A DNA stretch of 64,000 bases, taken from the NCBI GenBank assembly GCA_038129245.1, contig JAYPLE010000010.1:1521-65520 (forward strand). Direction: 5' to 3'. Below the pieces are notes generated by a model. The model had not been told where the DNA came from. It saw only the letters and a list, made by a program, of their open reading frames with translations, and ran no database searches. This document shows, piece after piece, positions 1 to 8,321 of this stretch; position 1 is the first letter of the stretch; each line of letters starts with the position of its first letter. The position numbers and the translations under genes were made by a program. This stretch comes from Flammeovirgaceae bacterium. GTDB lineage: Bacteria > Bacteroidota > Bacteroidia > Cytophagales > Cyclobacteriaceae.

Positions 1-326
1 TGAAAAAGCTTCAATACTTAGTCTCCTTGACCCTATTGTTGGCTCTTGGGGATTTGTTGCACGTTTACTCAGCCACTGTTAATTCAATTGTTTTTTTGGT
101 ATCCGCTTTCGTTTTTGTAGACGAGATCGAGTCGAAGAAAAGCCTTAATTTCTACCTGTTACTATGTGTGATGGGGGTATTCAACCCATTTTACAGTTCG
201 TGGTTAGAGATTGAACAAGTTAGAACCATAGCCTACATCATGGTAAGTATATTTTATCTGCTCAAAACCTCCGGTGAACCGCTTGATTTTAGTCATTCGA
301 AGGAGGATCTGAAACAAGCGTACTGA
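1..326 (+). CDS. small integral membrane protein, 5' end at or just before window edge
   Basis: ORF-track ORF 27..326 stays open in frame back to base 3 (..tg AAA AAG CTT CAA TAC = (M)KKLQY), so the ATG probably straddles base 1. Three hydrophobic segments. Hairpin terminator 35 nt downstream. No family recognised. Confidence 0.45.
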   Translation, partial: KKLQYLVSLTLLLALGDLLHVYSATVNSIVFLVSAFVFVDEIESKKSLNFYLLLCVMGVFNPFYSSWLEIEQVRTIAYIMVSIFYLLKTSGEPLDFSHSKEDLKQAY

Positions 327-360
327 GTCTGTACTCTCAATTAGCTTATATATAATCGAA

Positions 361-388
361 ATGCCGCCTTGAAAGGCGGCATTTTTTA
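361..388. terminator. intrinsic terminator hairpin between convergent genes
   Basis: atgccgcc/ttgaaa/ggcggcat forms an 8-bp GC-rich stem (361-368 with 375-382) followed by T6 (383-388). It lies after the plus ORF stop (326) and overlaps the stop codon (386-388) of the minus-strand hydrolase gene. Confidence 0.7.
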
Positions 389-1516
389 TTTGAATGCTTT
401 CCACCAGCTTTTATTCGAATCACTACTAGTTGGCACGATGATTAATTCACCAATTGCCGGAACAGCAATTGAAATCTTCAGTCGCTGTGCCTCTAAAACA
501 GCACGGTCTACAGGATCATACCAGCTATGAAGTGCAAGCACAAAAGCACCCCAATGGATAGGTGCGAATACTTTAGCTTTCACATCAATGGACGCTTGTA
601 CGGTTTCTTCCGGCATCATGTGAATCTGTCGCCAACGTTCATCATATTGTCCACATTCCATTAAGGCGAAGTCAAACGGGCCGTACCTTTCTCCTATAGC
701 TTTGAAATGAGGACCGTAACCTCCGTCACCACTAAAGTAGATATTAGCTTGTGGAGACTTTATCACCCAGCTTGACCACAAGGTTCTATTCCGATCTGTC
801 AGACCTCTTCCTGAAAAATGTCTGGCGGGTGTGCTTGTAAAAGTGATACCATCAAGTGTTATGTCTTCCCACCAATCCAAAGCTGTTATTTGATCTTCCC
901 TAAATCCCCATGACTGCAGATGTGATTCAACTCCGAGTGGTACTACAAGATGTTGGACTCTATCCTTTAGTTCCCTTAATGTAGGATAGTCGAGATGATC
1001 ATAATGGTCATGTGAAAAAACGATCACGTCTATGACTGGCAGGTCTTCTAATGAAATGGGCAACCCTTCTGTAAATCGCTGACTCCCAAAAGCAGGGATT
1101 GGGCTAGGAGATGTACCTAGCATCGGATCCAATAGGATGGTCTTTCCATTTGTTTGGAGGAGAAATGCTGAGTGACCGAACCACATTAGTTGAGTAAGGG
1201 TGTCAGGTATTTCGAAAACTCGCTCAGCAACTGGTTTTTGAATCTTCAAGAGTTTTGCAGGTTCATGATCAGGAATACCGACGATGTAGTCCCATAGAAC
1301 TGTCTTCAAAGCAGAAACGGACATATCCATTGAAGTTGGAATTTCATTAACGAATTCCTCATCAGTGAAATTATTGGAGCTTTGGTAACCGGCTTGAAAT
1401 TCGGCATTAGGTGCCTCTCCAAATGCAGACAGCAGGTTGGTTACCAGTATTGTGCCGATCACAATCATTATCACTAAAGATAGAAACCCAATTCCAAGGA
1501 TTTTTAATATTTTCAT
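386..1516 (-). CDS. membrane-anchored MBL-fold metallo-hydrolase (NAPE-PLD-like)
   Basis: 376 aa. N-terminal TM helix (ILGIGFLSLVIMIVIGTILV), then metallo-beta-lactamase signature FSHDHYDHLD (HxHxDH) with later His/Asp ligands. The ATG shares one base with the upstream helicase stop (TAATG). Confidence 0.8.
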   Translation of the reverse strand: MKILKILGIGFLSLVIMIVIGTILVTNLLSAFGEAPNAEFQAGYQSSNNFTDEEFVNEIPTSMDMSVSALKTVLWDYIVGIPDHEPAKLLKIQKPVAERVFEIPDTLTQLMWFGHSAFLLQTNGKTILLDPMLGTSPSPIPAFGSQRFTEGLPISLEDLPVIDVIVFSHDHYDHLDYPTLRELKDRVQHLVVPLGVESHLQSWGFREDQITALDWWEDITLDGITFTSTPARHFSGRGLTDRNRTLWSSWVIKSPQANIYFSGDGGYGPHFKAIGERYGPFDFALMECGQYDERWRQIHMMPEETVQASIDVKAKVFAPIHWGAFVLALHSWYDPVDRAVLEAQRLKISIAVPAIGELIIVPTSSDSNKSWWKAFK

Positions 1517-3723
1517 TACTTGATCTTTAACTCAAACTCGTCATGCGCGAGGGCAATTCTAATGTCTTCGTAACTATACTCATCTCCCAATTTGGCTTTT
1601 ATTTCGGACAGTTTTTTGGATGATATCGCAACCGCAACTGTAAGTATATTCGTTACCTTCTTTTTCCCTACGAAATCAAAAGCATTGAGTTCACCCGTAC
1701 TTACATAATGCGCAAGGTGCGAATAGATGGTGCCGGGAGCGAGCTGTCTCTTCTCTACTATCTCTTCTATTTTCATTCCTTCTTGATACATCGCTAATGT
1801 TTGAGCCTTTGTGTCAGGGGATCGGTTAGGTTTATACGGTTTAGAAAAAAATATAAAATCTGGCTCGTTCCGCAGATTACTTAATGGATCAGTATCCTGA
1901 TTTTTTGTTACGTGATTAGTCATGGCTTTGGCTCTGACCAAAGCAATACCTTTAGAAGAGATTTCCTGATACCAGTCTTTCCATATTTCCTGAAATTCTT
2001 TGATTGATTTATATGGTTTCTTGTGGCCCACAGAGATGATTTCATCACAAAAATCAGTCAGAGTGGGTTTAAAGTAGTCGTATCCGGCCTCTACCCGAGT
2101 CGCCAGCACTTTTAAGTATTCATTTGCCTTATCAGCGCCTATTTGGAAGATCTCATTACTGAATCTCTCTCCTATGCCCGACCAACTACTTAGTAGCTTA
2201 TCCCACGCAACTACGGTTTTCCAAAGCTCATCTTCTTTTCCAAGTGATTGTGTTCTTTCAAATTCTTTGATTAGCTCTATTACTGCAGAATGAGAGGAAC
2301 GAAAATCAAATGCTCGTGCGCAGAGGTCAAGGATATAGCTCCGCTGATCTTTAAGGAGCTGATTGCTAAGCTGTTCGGTATCTCGAGACTGTTGTGAAAA
2401 GTCCTGTAACCTACTGTCTATCAGAAAGGAGTTACGCGGTACTTCTGAAGCAAACGTAAGGCCATTTAAATTTGTCAAACGTGACATAGCCACATAGAAC
2501 TGCCCTGGGGCAAAGGCCTCTTCCAGGTCCAGGATTGCTTTTTCAAAGGTGAGCCCCTGGCTCTTATGTACTGTCACTGCCCATGCTAGTTTGACCGGGT
2601 ACTGGGCAAATTCACCAACCAGTTCTTCTTCGATCTCTCTGGATGATGGGTCTACTTTGTATTTTACGTTTTCCCACACAAAGCGCTCCAGGACGATCGT
2701 TTCGCTATCAATCGATACTGTTATTTTTTTCTCAGACAGGTCGGAGACCGTACCGATCTTTCCATTGTAAAAGCGTTGCTGACCGGTTGGATCGTTTTTG
2801 ATAAACATAACCTGTGCACCTTCCTTGAGCGTGAGCGTCTCCTCATTTGGGAAGAGATGCAAATCAAACTTACCCGTGACTTTAGCGGTAAAAGAGATGG
2901 AATCCGCCGGAAGGGAAGCTAGTTTTTCTTCATTGATCTTATTGGCTTTTGCATTGTGCGTAGTTAAGAAAATATGCCCCTCATCTTCGGGAAGGTAGCC
3001 ATCGTACGCATAATGCTCCTGCAAAAGGTACTGATCCTCTTCTGTCATCTCTTGATCGCGTATTCTATTGAGCAGGTCAATGAATTGTTGATCACTTTGC
3101 CGGTGGACAGTTTCTAGTTCAAGGTAGATAGGAGGCTCATTCTTCAAGACTTGCGCATCGAAGAAATACATACTGCTATAGAACTCATGCAGCATGCTCA
3201 TCTCGTCTCTTTTAACAACAGGGGGTAGCTGATACAGATCTCCGATGAAGAGTACCTGTACACCACCAAAGGCCAGGTGAGGATTTCTCCGTACCTTTTT
3301 TAGGACCATATCGATCGCATCCAGCAGGTCCGCACGCAACATACTGACCTCATCGATGATCAGCAATTCTATCTCTCGTAGCAGCTGTCGCTTGGTAGCT
3401 CCCAGACGTTGTTCTCTGGCTAGAGATGCAGGTGTGTGAATCTTCTGGTTTGACTCCTCAAACGGCAATGAGAAGTCACTGGGCACATAAGCGCCAAATG
3501 GAAGCTGAAATAATGAATGCAAGGTTACACCACCTGCGTTGATCGCAGCGATGCCTGTTGGGGCAGCGATGACCGTTTTCTTGTGCGTCTTAGAAAATAT
3601 ATGCTTGAGAAGGGTTGTTTTACCCGTCCCGGCTTTTCCAGTAAGGAATACTTGTCGCGAAGTATTGGAGATAAATTGAAGTGCCAAATGGCTGATTTCA
3701 TCTAGCTCAATTTTTTCTTCCAT
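1516..3723 (-). CDS. PIF1/RecD-like P-loop helicase with C-terminal HTH tail
   Basis: Walker A GKAGTGKTT, Walker B LLIIDEVSM, further SF1 motifs (YQLPPV, VHKSQGLTF), and a C-terminal ~100-aa HTH-like region (GTIYSHLAHYV). The ORF track starts at TTG 3753. I prefer the first ATG at 3723 (MEEKIELDE). Confidence 0.8.
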   Translation of the reverse strand: MEEKIELDEISHLALQFISNTSRQVFLTGKAGTGKTTLLKHIFSKTHKKTVIAAPTGIAAINAGGVTLHSLFQLPFGAYVPSDFSLPFEESNQKIHTPASLAREQRLGATKRQLLREIELLIIDEVSMLRADLLDAIDMVLKKVRRNPHLAFGGVQVLFIGDLYQLPPVVKRDEMSMLHEFYSSMYFFDAQVLKNEPPIYLELETVHRQSDQQFIDLLNRIRDQEMTEEDQYLLQEHYAYDGYLPEDEGHIFLTTHNAKANKINEEKLASLPADSISFTAKVTGKFDLHLFPNEETLTLKEGAQVMFIKNDPTGQQRFYNGKIGTVSDLSEKKITVSIDSETIVLERFVWENVKYKVDPSSREIEEELVGEFAQYPVKLAWAVTVHKSQGLTFEKAILDLEEAFAPGQFYVAMSRLTNLNGLTFASEVPRNSFLIDSRLQDFSQQSRDTEQLSNQLLKDQRSYILDLCARAFDFRSSHSAVIELIKEFERTQSLGKEDELWKTVVAWDKLLSSWSGIGERFSNEIFQIGADKANEYLKVLATRVEAGYDYFKPTLTDFCDEIISVGHKKPYKSIKEFQEIWKDWYQEISSKGIALVRAKAMTNHVTKNQDTDPLSNLRNEPDFIFFSKPYKPNRSPDTKAQTLAMYQEGMKIEEIVEKRQLAPGTIYSHLAHYVSTGELNAFDFVGKKKVTNILTVAVAISSKKLSEIKAKLGDEYSYEDIRIALAHDEFELKIK

Positions 3724-3754
3724 TTCGCAAATAAAATCAATGGGCTGCAGCAAT

Positions 3755-3790
3755 AAAACAAAAAAGCCATCTTAGAAAAGATGGCTTTTT
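3755..3790 (-). terminator. intrinsic terminator of the YceI gene
   Basis: aaaaagccatc/ttagaaaa/gatggcttttt gives an 11-bp stem. On the minus strand it is followed by a T-rich run (plus-strand A-run 3755-3765). It begins 19 nt after the YceI stop codon. Confidence 0.75.
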
Positions 3791-3808
3791 GTACCTATGC
3801 GGATTCAA

Positions 3809-4345
3809 TTACTGTCTTACAACCTGCACATGCAAGTGCAATTTTACCTCGTCACCAAATACTACTCCTCCTGCTGCCGTAACAGCATTCCAGGTAAGGC
3901 CAAATTCTCTACTGTTTATTTTACCGTTGATTTCGAATCCTGCTTTTGTTTGGCCATGTGGGTCCACCATTACACCACCTAAATCAACATCTAAGGCTAC
4001 TTCTTTGGAAATACCTTTTACAGTCAAGTTGCCAACAAGCTGATAAGAATCTCCGTTTTGTATCAATTTGCCGTTCGAAAAATTGATTGAAGGAAAATGC
4101 TCAGCACTAAAGAAATCGTCCGACCTTAAGCGCGCATCTCTATCGGCAACATTTGTATCAATGCTGCTTACATCTAGTTTGAAAGAGCAGTTGGCATCTG
4201 TAAAATCTTCAGTCTCAGTTTCTAGTATGCCTTCAAAACGCTTAAATGTACCTGTTACGGTAGAAATTACTAAATGCTTCACTTTAAAGCCAACTTCGCT
4301 ATGAGTAGGGTCAATAACCCAGGTTGTTTTTGTAAGTGTTTCCAT
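3809..4345 (-). CDS. YceI family (polyisoprenoid-binding) protein
   Basis: TWVIDPTHSEVGFKVKHLVISTVTGTFKRFEG and later SRDARLRSDDFF are typical of the YceI-like family. ATG 4345 (METLTK) is preferred to ORF-track start 4390. Confidence 0.8.
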   Translation of the reverse strand: METLTKTTWVIDPTHSEVGFKVKHLVISTVTGTFKRFEGILETETEDFTDANCSFKLDVSSIDTNVADRDARLRSDDFFSAEHFPSINFSNGKLIQNGDSYQLVGNLTVKGISKEVALDVDLGGVMVDPHGQTKAGFEINGKINSREFGLTWNAVTAAGGVVFGDEVKLHLHVQVVRQ

Positions 4346-4394
4346 TAAGTATGTATATAAAGTAAATGTATATACATATATAATTAACAATACT

Positions 4395-4402
4395 TAATTT
4401 TG
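4395..4402 (+). promoter_or_regulatory. candidate Bacteroidota -7 promoter box (TAnnTTTG)
   Basis: TAATTTTG matches the TAnnTTTG -7 consensus, 34 nt upstream of the ATG at 4436. No convincing -33 TTG noted. This is a motif match only. Confidence 0.3.
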
Positions 4403-4435
4403 TTTCATAGTGTGTATTTTTTTTAGATTACTGAT

Positions 4436-5488
4436 ATGAAAATGTATCGAAGAGAAGCCCTTAAAAAGATTTCGAGCAGTGCAATCATGGGATCGACTTA
4501 TTTGGCGATTCCTACTGTCTTTACTGCATGTGAGAACAATACGTCAAAGGCAAAAGAGAACGAGGGACTGAAGAAAGTAGCCACTAATTCCTTGTTTTTC
4601 TCTATTTCACTGGCACAGTGGTCACTTCATCGCTCAATTTTTGGTGATAGTCTGGAGAAGTTAGGTTGGGAGGGTTTCGGTAAGATGCTCAAAGAAAACC
4701 CCGATGCTTTGTATCAGGGTAAAATCGACCCGATTGATTTTCCTACTGTCGCTAGAGAGCGTTTTGGTCTGGGTGCCATAGAGTTGGTAAATACGTTCTA
4801 CTTCTCAAAAGCGGAAGATTCCGCTTATCTCGCTTCTTTTAAACAGCGATGCGATGATGCAGACGTATCTGTACAATTGATCATGTGTGACGCAGAAGGG
4901 AATTTGGGAGATACTGATCAGGTGGCCCGCATACAGGCTGTCGAGAATCACTATAAGTGGGTTGATGCTGCCAAGTATTTGGGGTGCCACTCCATCCGTG
5001 TCAATGCTGCCGGTCACGGGACAGCGGAGGAAGTCAAAGATGCAGCGGTCGATGGTCTTGGTCGATTGGCAGAGTACGGAAAGCAGGCGGGGATAGCTAT
5101 CATCGTCGAAAATCATGGGGGCTATAGCTCTAACGGGGCGTGGCTCAGCGATGTAATCAAAAATGTAGGCGGTGACTTTTGTGGCACCCTGCCGGATTTT
5201 GGTAACTTCTGTATCCGGAGAGGAGCGGATGGTTGCGAAGAAGCATATGATCGATATCAAGGAGTATCCGAACTCATGCCCTACGCCAAAGGTGTATCTG
5301 CTAAAACGCATGATTTCGATGCTGAAGGCAATGAGACGAGTACAGATTACAAAAAGATGCTAAGTATCGTCAAAGATGCTGGTTTCACCGGATACATTGG
5401 AGTGGAGTACGAAGGAGGCCGCCTGTCTGAAGAGGAAGGTATCCGAGCAACTATCAAGTTATTAGAGTCCCTTGGTTCCTCTATCTAG
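4436..5488 (+). CDS. exported xylose-isomerase-like TIM-barrel protein (sugar phosphate isomerase/epimerase family)
   Basis: 350 aa. N-terminus YRREALKK...TVFTAC looks like a twin-arginine signal ending in a lipobox Cys. The body (IELVNTFY, IRVNAAGHG, IIVENHGG, GVEYEG) fits the AP-endonuclease-2/xylose-isomerase-like TIM barrel. Confidence 0.75.
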   Translation: MKMYRREALKKISSSAIMGSTYLAIPTVFTACENNTSKAKENEGLKKVATNSLFFSISLAQWSLHRSIFGDSLEKLGWEGFGKMLKENPDALYQGKIDPIDFPTVARERFGLGAIELVNTFYFSKAEDSAYLASFKQRCDDADVSVQLIMCDAEGNLGDTDQVARIQAVENHYKWVDAAKYLGCHSIRVNAAGHGTAEEVKDAAVDGLGRLAEYGKQAGIAIIVENHGGYSSNGAWLSDVIKNVGGDFCGTLPDFGNFCIRRGADGCEEAYDRYQGVSELMPYAKGVSAKTHDFDAEGNETSTDYKKMLSIVKDAGFTGYIGVEYEGGRLSEEEGIRATIKLLESLGSSI

Positions 5489-6591
5489 ATCTTAATGTAT
5501 ATCTCCTTCTTTTCCAGCCATCTGGCTACAAGGTAGCAAATCAGCGTAATAAATAAGGCGAAGGCCAGCGAACCGAGATTACCGCCAATCCAGGCAAACC
5601 CATGCTGATAGACAAGTCCATACAGACTATTGCCATTGATTTTTATTAGAATCATCCCTTTAGCCAGTAATCCCGATAGCAGGTAGATGAACAGGGGGTT
5701 GATTCCGAAGGTGTTCAGTACAGAGAACTTCCATTTGCCACTTCTCAACTCCATCAGGTAAATGATAATGCCCAGGATGACCATATCCAGTCCTACCGTG
5801 AGCAAGACGTAAGAGCTGGTCCAGATCTTCTTGTTGACCGGAAACAAAGGATGCCATAAGTAGCTTACAATCATGAGTGCGATTCCTGCCAGCAGCAGCT
5901 TAGCAAGCTGCTCATAGCCGAAACGCTGTTCTCGGATGTAAAGGCCTACCAGGTAACCACCCACGATGTTAACGACCGCTGGTAGTGAGCTAAGAAGGCC
6001 TTCAGGATCAAAGGGAATACCTTCTCCTCCATACATATGCGAAGGCCCCAGTGCCCATAGGTCCAGTTTGATGGCTGCATTTCCTTCCAGTGTCAGATCA
6101 CCGAATATGCTCATCATAAGCCAGTAGGCCAACAGGAGAAAGGACGACACCCATAGCAGCTGTCTTCTTTCTAAATAATAGATCAGCGGCAATGCTAAGG
6201 CATAGCAAAAACCAATGCGTTGAAGTACACCAAAGATGCGAGTGGAGCTGAATGATTTAAAGGCCCATGCACCATCCACCGATCGGAAGAAAGGAAACCA
6301 GTAGAGAAAATAACCAAGCAAAAAGATCAGTGCGGCTCTTTTTGCACCACGAAGCAGTACCTGTTGGGTGGACTGTTGTTCCCATTTGATGGATACAAAA
6401 GCCATCGCATTGCCCACCGCAAACAGAAAGCTTGGAAATACGAGATCAGTGGGTGTGAAACCATGCCAGTCCGCATGGAGCAAAAGTGAATATGTATTTC
6501 CCCAGTCTCCTGGTGTATTGACTATGATCATAAATGCGATCGTCAAGCCTCTAAAAATGTCTAACGGTTGGAATCTTTGACTTATGCTCAT
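5485..6591 (-). CDS. membrane acyltransferase, heparan-alpha-glucosaminide N-acetyltransferase-like (DUF5009/DUF1624)
   Basis: Multi-pass membrane protein. RFQPLDIFRGLTIAFMIIVNTPGDW matches this family's N-terminus. ATG 6591 (MSISQRF) is preferred to ORF-track 6669. Its stop overlaps the convergent TIM-barrel gene stop by 4 nt. Confidence 0.7.
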   Translation of the reverse strand: MSISQRFQPLDIFRGLTIAFMIIVNTPGDWGNTYSLLLHADWHGFTPTDLVFPSFLFAVGNAMAFVSIKWEQQSTQQVLLRGAKRAALIFLLGYFLYWFPFFRSVDGAWAFKSFSSTRIFGVLQRIGFCYALALPLIYYLERRQLLWVSSFLLLAYWLMMSIFGDLTLEGNAAIKLDLWALGPSHMYGGEGIPFDPEGLLSSLPAVVNIVGGYLVGLYIREQRFGYEQLAKLLLAGIALMIVSYLWHPLFPVNKKIWTSSYVLLTVGLDMVILGIIIYLMELRSGKWKFSVLNTFGINPLFIYLLSGLLAKGMILIKINGNSLYGLVYQHGFAWIGGNLGSLAFALFITLICYLVARWLEKKEIYIKI

Positions 6592-6629
6592 GAAGCCTAA
6601 GCTAATCTTTTTAGATGAATATCCACCGG

Positions 6630-6884
6630 TTAGGCTTGAGATTTTGAGGTTGCCATAATGAAGGCACATAGAGAAAGAAAGAACGCCACCAGTGCAAAAA
6701 GCTTCTCCCAGCTAGGCGCCAGGAAGTTGCCGGCTGTATGGATGATCATATAGCTGAAAACGATCCAAGAGCCAATTTTAAGCACGACCGAAGGAAGTCT
6801 GGAAGTGATCAAATGTACCTTGGCAGCCAATATCCATGTGAAGATTGGAAGTAGAACTAGAGGTGTAGTTTCGGAATAGACCAT
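6630..6884 (-). CDS. small hydrophobic membrane protein (possibly the 3' part of a gene interrupted by an in-frame TAG)
   Basis: 84-aa ORF with about 3 hydrophobic helices. The same frame stays hydrophobic and protein-like upstream to 6992, apart from one TAG at 6954-6956 (see findings). No family recognised. Confidence 0.4.
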   Translation of the reverse strand: MVYSETTPLVLLPIFTWILAAKVHLITSRLPSVVLKIGSWIVFSYMIIHTAGNFLAPSWEKLFALVAFFLSLCAFIMATSKSQA

Positions 6885-7024
6885 TTGGCCCGCATGAATC
6901 TTGCCTCCCCATACACTATCTGCAGTTACAAATCCTGTCAGAATGGAGATATGCTATAAAAACACCATACCAAATACGATAAGTAGAATCAAGGCTGTAT
7001 TTTTTACAGAAAGGGTGGGAATGG

Positions 7025-7636
7025 CTAAAGTTGGATTTCTTGACTACCGACCGTAAGCGTGCATAAGATTTCTGCTTGTGATGCATGCTCGACTTGTATA
7101 TCGAATCCTAAGGAGGTGAGAGCTTGCTGTAGTCCGGTATAATCTGGGTGCTTTAAACTGAAACTGGAGATCTGTCCGGAAGTATGCAATGTTGCACCGG
7201 GGTGAATGCTTTCCTTCCAGTTGATAAAAAAGGGTACAAGTCCATCGTAAATCTCAAAGCGAGGGTAGCTCATTTCCCATTCTATTCGGGTACCATCCAG
7301 TTTACCTCTTTGCATGGAGGCATGAGCGCCTAGATAGTTGTCGTAGGTTCTGGTAAGAAAGTCAAGACTACTATGTGTACTTGCCCAACCAATAAGTTTC
7401 GTGCTTTTCTCGCGATGGGCCGGGATCCAATAGTGAGGGATTTCCTTTTGTTTTGGGTCTTTTGCTATGATCTCCAGGTAGCAGTACGGGCCTAGTCCTA
7501 CCAGCACATTGTGTGTCCCATAGCCTTCATGTACGCCTCCCGGTTGCGGTGTAACGCCTAAGGTATTTTCAGCCCATTGCATTCCTTCTTCCAGCGTAGG
7601 TGCACTTACCACCAAGTGATCAATAGGTGGAATCAT
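7025..7636 (-). CDS. VOC / glyoxalase-like domain protein
   Basis: IDHLVVSAPTLEEG ... GTHNVLVGL ... YLEIIA fits the glyoxalase-like (VOC) fold. ATG 7636 forms an ATGA overlap with the upstream stop. ORF-track start 7687 would overlap by 55 nt. Confidence 0.65.
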   Translation of the reverse strand: MIPPIDHLVVSAPTLEEGMQWAENTLGVTPQPGGVHEGYGTHNVLVGLGPYCYLEIIAKDPKQKEIPHYWIPAHREKSTKLIGWASTHSSLDFLTRTYDNYLGAHASMQRGKLDGTRIEWEMSYPRFEIYDGLVPFFINWKESIHPGATLHTSGQISSFSLKHPDYTGLQQALTSLGFDIQVEHASQAEILCTLTVGSQEIQL

Positions 7637-8145
7637 TGCTCTGGAGGGGTTTGACCGGACATTTTTCTTTTTGATAGCTTGAACCACCCAGCTAAGCGTG
7701 CACGTTGGGTTTCAGATAGTCTGGCATCACCGTGTATCCATGTATACTCTGATAGTGGCATACTACCCATGGCTACCTCTTTGAAGCATTCTTCAAGTTT
7801 ATGCGCCGCTTTTTGGAGTTCATATTTCGTCCATTCTGAGAAGTTAAGGACTTCCCTTCCCTCGTCTACCTGCTCTTGGAGCCACCAGGAAATAGGCGAT
7901 GCAGAAGCGTACCAAGGATAATCAGTATTATTGGAGTGGCAGTCAAAACAAGACGATTTGATGAGTGCCACGACTTCTTCATCGGCAGGTAGTACAGCAA
8001 AGATTTCATCTGTGTCTCGTGTGAGTGGTTCTTTTCGATCCGGTTGGAAAAACTGCATGCCAATGAGCGCGATGAAGACGACAATTAGCAGACTTTTTGG
8101 TGCGAGTAGTTTGCTCATAAGTGGTTTAGTTATAAGCGGACTCAA
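7633..8145 (-). CDS. membrane-anchored heme-binding domain protein
   Basis: N-terminal TM anchor (LLIVVFIALIGMQFF), then SSCFDCHSNNTDYPWYASASPISWW, which carries a CxxCH heme-c motif and is typical of the haem-binding-domain family. Confidence 0.7.
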   Translation of the reverse strand: MSPLITKPLMSKLLAPKSLLIVVFIALIGMQFFQPDRKEPLTRDTDEIFAVLPADEEVVALIKSSCFDCHSNNTDYPWYASASPISWWLQEQVDEGREVLNFSEWTKYELQKAAHKLEECFKEVAMGSMPLSEYTWIHGDARLSETQRARLAGWFKLSKRKMSGQTPPEQ

Positions 8146-8321
8146 TACTACAAAATTACTTGTAAATCATGCCAATGTTGCTGACTTCATTGTGTCTGAG
8201 CGGTGTATATCAACCAATATACCGTCAACACGGTATATAATCGCTTTCAGTGTCGAGATAGCTTTACCAAAAAATTGAACTAGTAAGATGAGACAATACT
8301 TTCTTTAAAAGCAATCCAGAT

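Noticed and set aside
2549-3705. Plus-strand ORFs 2549..2770, 2798..2998 and 3517..3705, antisense to the helicase gene. The same applies to the many other 60-170-aa ORFs antisense to long genes, for example 4805..5311, 5660..5857, 15153..15419, 24811..25071, 35996..36220, 46285..46566, 53349..53651 and 60546..60989.
   Set aside because: Each lies wholly inside a longer ORF on the opposite strand that has clear family motifs. Their translations are low-complexity or Ser/Leu/Arg-rich, as expected for shadow frames. No independent signals support them.
386-3753. Helicase plus MBL hydrolase as a phage-defence system.
   Set aside because: Both look like widespread core Bacteroidota families (Pif1-like helicase with HTH tail, NAPE-PLD-like hydrolase with TM anchor). 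There is no nuclease, sensor or toxin-type partner and no island context. It is kept only as a low-interest coupling observation.
7931-8278. 115-aa plus-strand ORF that could have explained the orphan terminator at 8322-8354.
   Set aside because: About 215 of its 348 nt are antisense to the well-supported heme-domain gene, and its translation is Ser-rich shadow-frame sequence. It is not a credible gene, so the terminator remains orphan.
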